64,000 bases of DNA from positions 160,001 to 224,000 of the forward strand of contig CAVQUB010000021.1 in the NCBI GenBank assembly GCA_963716725.1, given 5' to 3'. Shown piece after piece: positions 23,585 through 33,345 of this stretch (position 1 is the stretch's first letter; each line of letters starts with the position of its first letter). The DNA comes from an uncultured delta proteobacterium (lineage in GTDB: Bacteria; Myxococcota_A; Polyangia; Polyangiales; Polyangiaceae). The notes below the pieces were generated by a model, which was given only the letters and a program-made list of their open reading frames with translations, did not search any database and was not told where the DNA came from. The translations under genes and the position numbers were made by a program.

Positions 23585-23630
23585 TTGACACTTCGTCAGC
23601 TAATTGTTAATTGACACTCCGTCAACTAAT
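23585..23630 (+). promoter_or_regulatory. Sigma70-type promoter overlapped by two tandem palindromic operators
   Basis: 20-bp direct repeats TTGACACTTCGTCAGCTAAT (23585-23604) and TTGACACTCCGTCAACTAAT (23611-23630), each with a TTGAC-N5-GTCA(A/G) core; perfect TTGACA -35 and AT-rich -10 region. Confidence 0.8.
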
Positions 23631-24231
23631 GGCCCGCCCCGCCGAACCTGAAAAACGCCTGGAAATCGCCCGCGACGCCGTGGCGGTGCTGGCCCGCCTG
23701 GGGCTCGGCACACCGATGTCGCGTCTGGCGGACGAGCTCGGGGTCAAGCGCCCCACCCTGCACTATCACTTCCCGACCCGCGGCCACATCGTCGAGACGG
23801 CCCTCGAAGAGCTGCTCACGGAGCAGGCGCTGTTCGTGATGGAGCGAGTCAATCGCCAGACCCACCCCATCGATCGACTCTTCGCGCAGATCTGCGCGGT
23901 GCACGCATTCCACCATGGCCGGGAAGCGCGGATCGTGTTCCTGAGCCAGGCCATCGCCGCCAGCGGCGAACGCGTGAAGGAGATCATCGAGGTGGGCAAT
24001 CGCGTGTTCGAAGCGCAGCGACGCGCCACCGTCGAGCTGCTCGAAGCCGGCATGGCCAATGGCAGCGTGGTGCCCTGCGACGCGGAGGCGCTGGTCAACG
24101 TGATCCGCGCGCTGACGGACGGCTTGGTGGCCCAGCGGGTGATGACCGATCTCGACCTCGCCCCGGTACACGAGTTTCTGTGGACTCACCTCTTGAGTCC
24201 CCTCAAAAAGACACGAAAGAAGAAACGATGA
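23629..24231 (+). CDS. TetR/AcrR family transcriptional regulator
   Basis: MARP...MSRLADELGVKRPTLHYHFPTR HTH; about 200 aa. Confidence 0.92.
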   Translation: MARPAEPEKRLEIARDAVAVLARLGLGTPMSRLADELGVKRPTLHYHFPTRGHIVETALEELLTEQALFVMERVNRQTHPIDRLFAQICAVHAFHHGREARIVFLSQAIAASGERVKEIIEVGNRVFEAQRRATVELLEAGMANGSVVPCDAEALVNVIRALTDGLVAQRVMTDLDLAPVHEFLWTHLLSPLKKTRKKKR

Positions 24232-25655
24232 CGCCTTCATTTCCAGAAGCAGGCCTCGGTCGCGACGCAGTACTCGCCGCCCTCACCCAAACCCGCGCCC
24301 AGGATTTGAAGAGCGACGGTCGCGCGTTCGCCTTCATCTACGATCCGGGCGTGGAGGCGCGTGAGCTCGCGCGCGACGCCTTCGCGGCGTGCATGCCCAT
24401 CAACGGCCTTGATCCGACGGTGTACCCCTCGGCGCGCACGCTGGAGAACGCGGTGGTCAAGGCCTGCCTGGAGCTGATGCGCGCGCCAGTGGGCGCCGCC
24501 GGCACCGCCACCGCGGGCGGCACCGAGAGCGTGATGCTGGCGGTGAAGACCGCCCGGGATTTCGCCCGCAAGGCGCGCCCCGAGGTGAAGGCGCCGAAGA
24601 TGCTGTTGCCGGTGACGGCGCACGCCTGTTTCCACAAGGCGGCCCACTACCTGGGCGTGGAAGTGGTGAGCGTGGACGTGGATCCGCTGACCTTCCGCGC
24701 CGACGTCGCCGACGCCGCCCGCAAGATGACCGCGGACGTCGTGCTGGTGGTGGGCTCGGCGCCCAGCTACGCCCACGGCGTCATCGACGACATCCGCGCC
24801 CTGGCTGATCTCGCCTCGAAACACGGCGCGCTCATGCACGTGGACGCCTGCGTCGGCGGGTGCGTGCTGCCCTTTCTGCGCGAGAACGGCGTCGCGGGGC
24901 CGGACTTCGATTTTGGCATCGAGGGCGTGACCAGCATCTCGATGGATCTTCACAAATACGGCTTCGCTCCCAAGGGCATCAGCATCTTGTTGCAGCGACG
25001 CCGCGAGCTGCGTGACGCGCAGTACTACACCTGTGCCACCTGGACTGGCTACTCGATCATCAACTCGACCACGCTCGGCAGCAAGAGCGTGGCGGCCCTC
25101 GGCGCGGCCCACGCTTTGATCCAACACCTGGGCAAGCAGGGCTATCGCGAGCGCGCCGCCCGCATGTGGGAGGCCACCCAGAAGCTGGTTGCGCTGATCG
25201 AGCGAACCCCGGGCCTCGAAATGGTGGGGCGCCCGGACATGAACCTGTTCGCGTTCAAGACGACGGCAGGCGATCTCTTCACCCTGGCGGACCGCCTGAC
25301 GGCGAAGGGCTGGCACGTTCAGCCGACCTACGAGTTCGGCCCGTCGCCGGCTCACATCCACCTCACCTTGGATCCGGAGAACTCCCGGCGCGCCGACGAC
25401 CTCGGCAAGGATTTGGTCGAGTGCAGCCGGGACTTGCCGGCCAAGATCGATCCGCCCGAGGGAGTGGTCGCGTTCTTGAGCAACCTCGCGGAGGGCGCCG
25501 AAGGCGTCGACACCAAGGCCATCGTCGACGAGATGGGGCTCGGCTCGGGCACGCTGCCCACCGAATCGGCGCCGCTCCACCGGATCATGAACGCGATGAC
25601 GCCTTCCGCACGCGAGAAGCTCCTGGTCCTGTTCTTCGCGGAGTTGTTCTCGTGA
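24228..25655 (+). CDS. PLP-dependent group II decarboxylase-fold enzyme, sphingosine-1-phosphate lyase-like
   Basis: GGTESVMLAVKTARD, HACFHKAAHY, SAPSYAHGVID, HVDACVGG, SMDLHKYGFAPKG; ATGA-coupled to tetR. Confidence 0.85.
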   Translation: MTPSFPEAGLGRDAVLAALTQTRAQDLKSDGRAFAFIYDPGVEARELARDAFAACMPINGLDPTVYPSARTLENAVVKACLELMRAPVGAAGTATAGGTESVMLAVKTARDFARKARPEVKAPKMLLPVTAHACFHKAAHYLGVEVVSVDVDPLTFRADVADAARKMTADVVLVVGSAPSYAHGVIDDIRALADLASKHGALMHVDACVGGCVLPFLRENGVAGPDFDFGIEGVTSISMDLHKYGFAPKGISILLQRRRELRDAQYYTCATWTGYSIINSTTLGSKSVAALGAAHALIQHLGKQGYRERAARMWEATQKLVALIERTPGLEMVGRPDMNLFAFKTTAGDLFTLADRLTAKGWHVQPTYEFGPSPAHIHLTLDPENSRRADDLGKDLVECSRDLPAKIDPPEGVVAFLSNLAEGAEGVDTKAIVDEMGLGSGTLPTESAPLHRIMNAMTPSAREKLLVLFFAELFS

Positions 25656-27340
25656 TCCGCCGAACGCTGGGCTTGGCGCGGCAGCTGGCAAAGCTGCGGC
25701 GCGGCCGACACGGATCGAGGCCGCTGCGCATCGCCTACGGTCGCATCTTTCACGAGGCCTGTGGCGCCTCGCCGGTGCTCACCACGCAGCAAGACTTCTT
25801 GCGCCTGCACGCCCTCGAAGATCGCGAGTTGGCGGAGGCCACGACGCTCGGCGGCTCGGAGCTCGTCGGCTACATGCCGCACGCCGAGCTCACGGGCTTC
25901 GTGCAGGCCGCGCGCGTCGCGGGCAACGTCGAGGCGGTTCCCCTCGCGTCGTTCATGGCGGTGCCGAACGGTCCGCTGACCGAAGAGTGCTTCGCCTGGC
26001 TACTCGATCGCCTGCTCGCTCGGCTCGAGGCGGCGGGTTCGGTAGACGGCGTCTACCTCGCGCTTCACGGGAGCATGGAAGTGCAGGGGCTGGATGAGGC
26101 CCCCGAGGCGGTGATCCTGCGGCGCGTGCGCGAGCGGGTAGGCCCGGACGTGGCCATCGCCGTCAGCTACGATCTGCACGCGAACCTGAGCCGCGGCTTG
26201 ATCGAACCCGCCGACATCATGGTCGCCTACCGCAGCAATCCCCACTGGGACCTCGGCCCCACCGGTTTTCGCGCTGGCATCCGCTTGATCCAGGCGCTGC
26301 GCGGTGAAATCGCCCCGAAGCACGCCTGGCGCAAGCTTCCGATGGTGCTCGGCGGCGGGACCACCATCGACTTCCTGGCCCCCATGCGCGGCGTGTTCCG
26401 CTTCATGAAGAAGCTGGAGCAGCGCCCCGGCGTGGTGTCCGCGAGCCTGTTCATGGTGCATCCCTTCACTTCGGCCGAGAACCTCGGGTGGGCCGTGCAC
26501 GTGTGCACGGATGGCGATGCGGCTCTGGCCGAGCGCCTGGCGGATGAGCTCGCGGATCGGGTCTGGGCCGAGAAAGACGTCGCGCTGCCTCGCATGTTCA
26601 GCGTCGACGAGGCGTTGGACGAAGTCAGGCGAACCCCCTCGCGTCATCTCGGGCCGGTGACCCTGGTGGACGTGGACGACATCGTCGGCGCAGGCGCTCC
26701 CGGCGGCAACACGCGCATCGCGCAGGCGCTGAGCAAATCAGGCCGCGATCTCACCGCGCTGGTGCCCGTGCACGACCCGGTTCTGGTGGAAGCGCTCTGG
26801 CAGACCCCGCTCGGCACGGTGGAGCGTGTGACCCTGCGCGGAACGCCGGGCTACCACCAACCCGCGGTCGAACTCGTCGCCACCGTGGCCGCGCGTCACG
26901 AAGGCGAGTTCGGCCGGCGTGTCCGCCTGGACGTGGGTTCGCTGCATCTGTCCGTCGGCGACCACCCGCCCTTGCCCATTCACCCGAAGTTCTGGCGGGA
27001 GCTGGGACTCAACCCGCGCAAGGCCCATCTGATGGTGACGAAGAACTTCTTCCACTACCGCATGTTCCATCTGACCACGTCGTTCGCGCACCTGCCCGTC
27101 GAGAGCGAGGGCGCGACCATGCTCCGTCGCCTTCACCAGATCGCCTCGCCGGTACCGGTCCACCCGTCGGCCAAGCTCTCGGACTGGCGCACCCACGAAC
27201 CCGCGCTGCGAAGCGCGCCGAGGCGAGCCGCCGAGGGTCGGAGCATCGACGCTCGAGCGAGCCAAGCGAGCCAAGCGAGCCAAGCGAGCCAAGCGAGCCA
27301 AGCGAGCCAAGCGAGCCAAGCGAGCCAAGCGAAACAGTAG
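25652..27340 (+). CDS. M81 (MlrC-like) metallopeptidase/amidohydrolase
   Basis: RIAYGRIFHE, LALHGSM, SYDLHAN, YRSNPHWD; GTGA-coupled to the upstream gene. Confidence 0.85.
   Translation: MIRRTLGLARQLAKLRRGRHGSRPLRIAYGRIFHEACGASPVLTTQQDFLRLHALEDRELAEATTLGGSELVGYMPHAELTGFVQAARVAGNVEAVPLASFMAVPNGPLTEECFAWLLDRLLARLEAAGSVDGVYLALHGSMEVQGLDEAPEAVILRRVRERVGPDVAIAVSYDLHANLSRGLIEPADIMVAYRSNPHWDLGPTGFRAGIRLIQALRGEIAPKHAWRKLPMVLGGGTTIDFLAPMRGVFRFMKKLEQRPGVVSASLFMVHPFTSAENLGWAVHVCTDGDAALAERLADELADRVWAEKDVALPRMFSVDEALDEVRRTPSRHLGPVTLVDVDDIVGAGAPGGNTRIAQALSKSGRDLTALVPVHDPVLVEALWQTPLGTVERVTLRGTPGYHQPAVELVATVAARHEGEFGRRVRLDVGSLHLSVGDHPPLPIHPKFWRELGLNPRKAHLMVTKNFFHYRMFHLTTSFAHLPVESEGATMLRRLHQIASPVPVHPSAKLSDWRTHEPALRSAPRRAAEGRSIDARASQASQASQASQASQASQASQASQAKQ
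27257..27328 (+). repeat. 9-bp perfect tandem repeat (GCGAGCCAA) x8 encoding an ASQ tail
   Basis: Directly visible just before the M81 stop codon. Confidence 0.95.
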
Positions 27341-27432
27341 CGGCCGTCGCCCTGTCGAGGGCGGGCTGCTTTTCGAGCCCGCCGGCGCGGTACCGCTAGC
27401 CACGCGAGCGGTCAGCGCGTACCTTGTATGCA

Positions 27433-29469
27433 ATGCGACTTGCCATCCCATTTGCTTTCGTAACGGCGGCGATGGTCGCGGCGGCCTGCAGCGGCTCGGA
27501 CACCTCGAGCGCGCCGGGCGCTACCGACGGCGGGAACACGGGCGGCACGTCGGCCTCCGGCGGCAGCGGCGGATCCGACGCGGGGGCCGGCGGCTCGGCG
27601 ACCACGGGCGGCACCGGAAATGCGAGCGGCACCGGCGGCGCCGCGGGTAGTGGCAGCGGGGGCGACGGCGGACCCACCGGGTGCCAGGGCAACGCGGACT
27701 GCGCGTCGGATCCGGGTGGCCCGACCTGCGACACGACGACGGGCAAGTGCGTGGGCTGCGTTGGCGCGACCGACTGCCCGTCGGGGCAGTACTGCGACAC
27801 GGCGACGCAGAAGTGCGGCGCCGGCTGCGACGAGGCCTCGGACTGCAGCGGCGCGACGCCGCTCTGCGAAATCTCGAGCAACGCCTGCGTCGCTTGCCTC
27901 AAGGACACCGACTGCCCGTCGGGACAGATTTGCGCGAGCAACGCCTGCGCCACGGGTTGCAGCCTGGCGCAGCCCTGTCCCAACACGAGCGACACTTGTT
28001 GCGCCGCGAGCTGCCACGACCTGAAGGCCGACGTGAACAACTGCGGCGCTTGTGGCACCGCGTGCAGCTCGTACCCGAACGCGGCTACCGAGTGCACGGC
28101 CACCGGCTGCGGCATGGGCAGCTGCGCCTCCGGGTTCGGGGACTGCAACCAGAGCCCGCTGGACGGCTGCGAATGGAACACCGGCTCGGGCGGGGCTTGC
28201 GCGTGCACGCCCGGCTCCACCCAGAGTTGCTACACCGGCACGCCGGGTACCGCCGGCGTCGGCGTGTGCAAGGCGGGGCAGCAGACCTGCGACGCCAGCG
28301 GCCTCTTGTGGGGCCCCTGCCTCAACCAGATCGTGCCCAGCGAAGAGCTGTGCGCCAATGGCATCGACGAGGACTGCAACGGCACGGCGGACGACGTGGG
28401 GGACACCGACGGCGACGGCTGGACCAAGTGCAACGGGGACTGCTGCGAGGACACCAGCCAGTGCTCGAAACCGAACAAGGTCAACCCGGGAGCCTTCGAG
28501 GTGGTGGGCAACTCGGTGGATGACGATTGCGATCCGGCAACCAGCGACACCACTCCGACGAACGCTTGCTCCACCGCCGCCAAGTTCACGGGAGTGTCCG
28601 CCGTCGACGTGGCCCACGCCATCGACCTCTGTCAGTTCACCACCGCGAACCCGCCGCTCCCCCAGAAGAAGTGGGGCGTCATCACCGCTCAGCACCTGCA
28701 GCCCAACGGCACGACGCCCAACGCGACCGCGCTGTCGGAGATGCAGAACTGGCAGACGGCGGTGCTCCAGAACTACGGCACCGGCGGCATCGTCCCGACC
28801 AAGGGCTCGACCATGGCGGGGATCTCCTCAGGGCGGATGCGCGATCAGAACGACCCGAGCTACATCAACCCGAACTCGGGCGCTTCGTTCAGTACCAGCA
28901 CGGCCCCTCCCCCGGCGTATCTGGCGGCTCACGGGAACGCACTGCCGGCATCGGCGGGCTGCAGCGGGAATTGCCCTGCCGGCAGCGGCGCAAATGACCC
29001 GGTCAACGTGCGGCTCACGATCCGCGTGCCGACCAACGCCCTGTCGTTCTCGTACAAGTTCCGCTTCTTCAGCTCGGAGTACTGGACCTACCAGTGCACG
29101 ATCTTCAACGACTTCTACCTGGCGCTCCTCACCACGGGGGCCCCGGGCATCCCCGCGGACAAGAACATCTCCTTCGACTCACTCCTGAACCCCGTCAGCG
29201 TGAACAACGGCTTCTTCGATCTGTGCGCGGCGAAGGGCTGCAACACCTGCCCGCTCGGACTGGCAGAGCTTGCCGGGACCGGCATGCAACTCAGCAACAC
29301 CGGCGGCGGCACCAAGTGGCTCACCACGACCGCCCCCGTGGTCCCAGGCGAAACAATGGTGATCGAGTTCATGGTCTTCGACGTCAGCGATCACATCCTC
29401 GACTCGCTCACCATCCTCGACAACTTCCAGTGGAGCTTGGACCCGTCGGGAGTCGGCACTACGGGCTGA
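27433..29469 (+). CDS. Cys-rich lipoprotein with putative metal-binding (NGIDEDCNG) repeats and C-terminal choice-of-anchor L-like domain
   Basis: AAAC lipobox; Gly tether; GAFEVVGNSVDDDCD; RVPTNA.SFSY.F.FFSSEY...FNDFY...DVSDHILDS. Confidence 0.82.
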   Translation: MRLAIPFAFVTAAMVAAACSGSDTSSAPGATDGGNTGGTSASGGSGGSDAGAGGSATTGGTGNASGTGGAAGSGSGGDGGPTGCQGNADCASDPGGPTCDTTTGKCVGCVGATDCPSGQYCDTATQKCGAGCDEASDCSGATPLCEISSNACVACLKDTDCPSGQICASNACATGCSLAQPCPNTSDTCCAASCHDLKADVNNCGACGTACSSYPNAATECTATGCGMGSCASGFGDCNQSPLDGCEWNTGSGGACACTPGSTQSCYTGTPGTAGVGVCKAGQQTCDASGLLWGPCLNQIVPSEELCANGIDEDCNGTADDVGDTDGDGWTKCNGDCCEDTSQCSKPNKVNPGAFEVVGNSVDDDCDPATSDTTPTNACSTAAKFTGVSAVDVAHAIDLCQFTTANPPLPQKKWGVITAQHLQPNGTTPNATALSEMQNWQTAVLQNYGTGGIVPTKGSTMAGISSGRMRDQNDPSYINPNSGASFSTSTAPPPAYLAAHGNALPASAGCSGNCPAGSGANDPVNVRLTIRVPTNALSFSYKFRFFSSEYWTYQCTIFNDFYLALLTTGAPGIPADKNISFDSLLNPVSVNNGFFDLCAAKGCNTCPLGLAELAGTGMQLSNTGGGTKWLTTTAPVVPGETMVIEFMVFDVSDHILDSLTILDNFQWSLDPSGVGTTG

Positions 29470-29483
29470 GGCTCGGGCGGAGG

Positions 29484-29552
29484 TGCATCATGGGCTGGCA
29501 GCAGTCGCTGGTGCTGCTTCAGATGCTGGTCGAGCCCGAGATCCGCGAATAG
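29484..29552 (+). pseudogene. Orphan C-terminal remnant resembling an SRPBCC/AHSA1-family protein
   Basis: CIMGWQQSLVLLQMLVEPEIRE* resembles the terminal helix of that family; no 5' part present. Confidence 0.5.
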
Positions 29553-29646
29553 CAGCGCTACCCTGGTGAGGGCTCAGAACGCGAGACCGGCGGGAGTGAG
29601 TGGAACTGCGCGGTCGCCAGCACCGGCCACCGCGACGGCACAGGAT

Positions 29647-30180
29647 CTACTTCACCACGAGCTTCTGCTCGGTGGTCTTCTGCTGACCGGCGTGATCGAC
29701 CACCACGCGCAGCGTGTACTGTCCCGAGCCCAGGCGCACCGATGTCGAGATCGTCGAAGTGCACATGCAACGGCAGGGCGTCCCGAACAGCGATTCGGTG
29801 ATGGTGACGGTGCCGCCGCTCACCTTGGTTTCGATCTTCGATTCGAGGCAGCAGGCGTGAGCGACCTCATGCACCACCCGCACTCCACCGGCCGCCGGAG
29901 TGACGGTGAGCTCGGGTTTCGCCTCGGCGGGGTCCATCGCCGCGCGGGAGCGCTCGCCCTGCGCCATGCGCCCGGGGCTGGCCAGGCAGCCGGCAACGGT
30001 GCTCGTCCCGGAATTGAGCTCACCGGAGAGGTCCGTCGGCGCGCCGGTCGCCGCCGCACCCACCGGAGGAACTTCGGCGGTCGCGGTGGCGGGCTGGGTC
30101 GCCGAACCGTCGGGCGCGGTCGGACCCGGCTTGGTGCAGGCCGCGGCGACCAGGGCAGCGGCGAAGGCGAGGTGCTTCAT
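29647..30180 (-). CDS. Hypothetical lipoprotein with small Cys-rich beta domain
   Basis: MKHLAFAAALVAAAC lipobox; HACC...CRCMC. Confidence 0.8.
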   Translation of the reverse strand: MKHLAFAAALVAAACTKPGPTAPDGSATQPATATAEVPPVGAAATGAPTDLSGELNSGTSTVAGCLASPGRMAQGERSRAAMDPAEAKPELTVTPAAGGVRVVHEVAHACCLESKIETKVSGGTVTITESLFGTPCRCMCTSTISTSVRLGSGQYTLRVVVDHAGQQKTTEQKLVVK

Positions 30181-30230
30181 GTGCACTGCCATATCACGCC
30201 GGCCGCCGGCGGAGATACGATGCGAACTTC

Positions 30231-30986
30231 ATGGCAGGCCGCACCTTCGCCATCGGCGACATCCACGGTGAGCTCGGGCACCTGCGAACCCTGATGGGAC
30301 GCCTGCCGAGGCTCGACGCAGGAGACACCGTGGTGTTCCTCGGCGACTACATCGATCGCGGCCCCCACTCGAAGCAGGTCGTCGAGTACGTACGCTACCT
30401 GCCCAAGATGATCGCGGCGAAGGTGGTGGCACTTCGCGGCAACCACGAAGACGCCTGGCTGCGCGTGCGCCGCTACCGTTGGCCCGAGTTCGTGCGCCCG
30501 CCGCACCACGGCTGTCTGCCGGCCTACCGATCGTTCATCAACGCACCCGTAGCGGTGACCGGACAAGAGCCCATCGCTGAAGAACGAGAAGCCTTCGAGA
30601 GCGGTCGCTTCATCCCGCGTCGCATCGTCGAGTGGATGGAGAAGCTGCCCTATTGGTACGAAGACGACCACGCCATCTACGTGCACGCGGGTCTTGTCCC
30701 CGCCCCAGACGGCGGCTTCTTTCACCCGAGCCAGCTCCCCCAACCCCCGGTGCAGGTGCTCTGGCTGCGTGACGAGCACTTCTTCCGGAACTACCGCGGA
30801 AAGCGCGTGGTCTTCGGGCACACCAGCACCGAGCTCTTGCCTCCCGAGCTGTCGTCGCACACCCCGGCGGACCCCGCGGATCTTTGGTCCTACGAAAATG
30901 TGATCGGCATCGACACGGGCTGCGGGCGCGGCGGCTTCCTCACCGCGGTCGAGCTGCCGGCGCTCACGGTTTACGAGTCGCGTTGA
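30231..30986 (+). CDS. PPP-family Ser/Thr protein phosphatase (metallophosphoesterase)
   Basis: GDIHG, GDYIDRG, GNHE, VHAG, FGHT, IDTG. Confidence 0.92.
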   Translation: MAGRTFAIGDIHGELGHLRTLMGRLPRLDAGDTVVFLGDYIDRGPHSKQVVEYVRYLPKMIAAKVVALRGNHEDAWLRVRRYRWPEFVRPPHHGCLPAYRSFINAPVAVTGQEPIAEEREAFESGRFIPRRIVEWMEKLPYWYEDDHAIYVHAGLVPAPDGGFFHPSQLPQPPVQVLWLRDEHFFRNYRGKRVVFGHTSTELLPPELSSHTPADPADLWSYENVIGIDTGCGRGGFLTAVELPALTVYESR

Positions 30987-32520
30987 GCCGGCGGCGGCGC
31001 CAGGCCTCGACCATGGCCAATCCGAAGGCGATCCACAGCGGCGTGTCGCCGAAACGCACATAGACCGTGGGGCCACGGGTCGCGATGGCCGGCTCGACGA
31101 ACATCACGCCCTCGGTCTCGGCCGATCCCCGCGCGCGCACCGCACCGCTCGCGTCGATCCACGCCGGCACGCCCAGATTCACGGCGCGCACCAGGTCGAG
31201 TCGCGTCTCGACGGCTCGCAGGGCGGACAGGCGAAGGTGCAACTCGGGTTCGGCGGTCGGTCCGAACCAGGCGTCATTGGTGACGTTCACCAGCAGGTTG
31301 GGCTCGACCTTCGCGACCTTGCGCCCGATGGCGGGCAGCGTGTCCTCGTAACAATTGAGCACGCCCATGCGAGCGGGACCGCTGGTCAGGATCGACACGT
31401 CCTTGCCGGGGATGAGCCCGCCGGCGCGGGAGAACATCTTGCGTAAGAAGGGCAGGTGCTCGCCGAAGGGCACGGTCTCACCGAACCAGAGCAGCTCCAT
31501 CTTGGCCTGCGGCAGCTGGATCATGCCGTCGGGGCTGACGATGGTCGTGGCGTTGTGGCCGGCGTCGACCTGGGGCACGCTGGTGATGAGCCCGAAGAGC
31601 ACCGGGCCGCGGACGTCGCCCCCGACGATGGCGCGGCGGCCCCGTTGCATGCGACCGGGCGCGTGCGCGAGCACGAAGGGATGGGCGGCTTCGGGCCAAA
31701 GCGTGAGTTCGGCGCCACCCCGCTCGGAGTCCGCCGTGAGGCGGCGCAGGCGCGAGAGGATCTGCTCGCGAGCGCCAGATTGCCAGCGCAGCCTTGCCTC
31801 CACCGCAGCCTGCACCACCCCGAGCTTCAGGGTGGGTAGCGTGTCGTGGGCCGCTCGAACCTGCCGCATGCGAACCGCTCCGTGAACCGCCAACAGCGTG
31901 AGCAGCGCGGCCCCGAGCAGCGGCGCGATCCAGGGTCGGCTCGTGCTCGGCGCCGCGCGAGCCACGTAGCGGACGAAGGGGGACGCCAGCAGCGCCGCCG
32001 CGAACGCGATCAGGACCGAGACGCCCTTCTCACCGATCAGATCGGCGAGTTGAACGAACACCGGCCACGGCGAGATCAAGCCTGCGGGGGTCCAAGCGAT
32101 CACGAACACGAAGCTGATGGCGACCAGGGTGCCGAGTCCAAAGCCGACGCGGGGGTCGAGCCCGGTTCGTTTCTCCAGGGCGCGCGCGGCCCCCAGGCCG
32201 ATGGCCCAGGTCCCGGACTGGATGATGCAGAGCAAGACCAGCGCCAACACCCCTACGGCGAGCCCCAGGTTGGTGAATCGCACGATCACGCTCGGCACGA
32301 AGCGCAGCCCGACCAGCCCGGCGCTGGTCGACCAGATCACGGCCATCAGCATCGCGGCGCGGATCCGCACCACCGCCTGGGTCGACACGTACAAGAGCCC
32401 GAGGCCGATCAGAACCGCGGGATAGAAGTCGGTCGGTGGCGATGAGAGGGCGAAGACCACGCCGCCCAGCGCCGCGGTGATTGGTGCGCGCCAGTTCCGA
32501 TCGCGCGGCGCTCGGCTCAT
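30964..32520 (-). CDS. lnt: Apolipoprotein N-acyltransferase
   Basis: Multi-TM N-terminus; LWPEAA, K..LLWFGE, LNCYE, NVTNDAWFG, LRAVE. Confidence 0.93.
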   Translation of the reverse strand: MSRAPRDRNWRAPITAALGGVVFALSSPPTDFYPAVLIGLGLLYVSTQAVVRIRAAMLMAVIWSTSAGLVGLRFVPSVIVRFTNLGLAVGVLALVLLCIIQSGTWAIGLGAARALEKRTGLDPRVGFGLGTLVAISFVFVIAWTPAGLISPWPVFVQLADLIGEKGVSVLIAFAAALLASPFVRYVARAAPSTSRPWIAPLLGAALLTLLAVHGAVRMRQVRAAHDTLPTLKLGVVQAAVEARLRWQSGAREQILSRLRRLTADSERGGAELTLWPEAAHPFVLAHAPGRMQRGRRAIVGGDVRGPVLFGLITSVPQVDAGHNATTIVSPDGMIQLPQAKMELLWFGETVPFGEHLPFLRKMFSRAGGLIPGKDVSILTSGPARMGVLNCYEDTLPAIGRKVAKVEPNLLVNVTNDAWFGPTAEPELHLRLSALRAVETRLDLVRAVNLGVPAWIDASGAVRARGSAETEGVMFVEPAIATRGPTVYVRFGDTPLWIAFGLAMVEAWRRRRLNATRKP

Positions 32521-32559
32521 TCCGTCACGGGCAAACACGCTGGGGAAAGCGCGCGTTCC

Positions 32560-33345
32560 TCACCAGTAAAAGGTGATCCCGCCGCGCATCAGCCCGCCAC
32601 CCGAGCTGTTGGTGGTGCGACCGGTCTTCGGATCGGTGAACTCCGGATACAGTTGAGCCTCGTCGTCAGTGCGCCCCCGCACGAACCCCACCAGATCCAC
32701 GTTCAGCGAGATCCGCCGGGTGACGCGGAACTCGAGGCCCGCGCCGAGCTGCCCACCGAAGTAGGAGTAGTGGCGCTCGTCGGCATCGATGGGGTCGCCG
32801 TTCTGATCGCGGGGTCTCACACTGGCACCGCTGAAGCCAAAGCCGCCGAGCATGTAGAACTGGACGGCGTCGCGCGGATTGACGAACACCAGCGCGTTCA
32901 ACATGAGCGCCGTCTCACGCCGGGCGTTGCCCTGCCAGTCGACACCACCGAAGAAGTCGACCCCGGTCTCGAAAGCGAAGTGCGGGATGGGACGGTAGCG
33001 AAACCCAAATCCGAGGCCGGCCATGCCGGAGTCGTCATGGCGGTTCTCGCTGCCACCCATCAAGGCGCCCTGCAGATGGAGATTCACTCCCCACTTGCGC
33101 GTCCAGCGCCGCTTCTTGCGCGGCGGGGGCTGCCGATGTGGCGGCGGCTCGTAGACCACCACCGGCGGTCGGTACTCCCGGTGCGCCGGCGGCTCCTCGT
33201 AGGTCTCGTCGTCCGGTAGGGCTGTGGGCTCCGTCGGCTCGCAGAACCACCCGCCCGGTGGGCAGTTCGGATCGTCTTGGGCCGCCGCGAGCGCGGGGGT
33301 GAGAAGCAGAGCGCTGATCAGCGCGGAAGCGGTGGCGGTTCGCAT
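32560..33345 (-). CDS. Outer-membrane beta-barrel domain protein
   Basis: Signal peptide, Pro-rich linker, amphipathic strands, C-terminal GITFYW. Confidence 0.8.
   Translation of the reverse strand: MRTATASALISALLLTPALAAAQDDPNCPPGGWFCEPTEPTALPDDETYEEPPAHREYRPPVVVYEPPPHRQPPPRKKRRWTRKWGVNLHLQGALMGGSENRHDDSGMAGLGFGFRYRPIPHFAFETGVDFFGGVDWQGNARRETALMLNALVFVNPRDAVQFYMLGGFGFSGASVRPRDQNGDPIDADERHYSYFGGQLGAGLEFRVTRRISLNVDLVGFVRGRTDDEAQLYPEFTDPKTGRTTNSSGGGLMRGGITFYW

Noticed and set aside
27257..27328. Tandem repeats here and at 37725 and 56024 as CRISPR arrays
   Set aside because: No spacers, in-frame coding, and no cas genes
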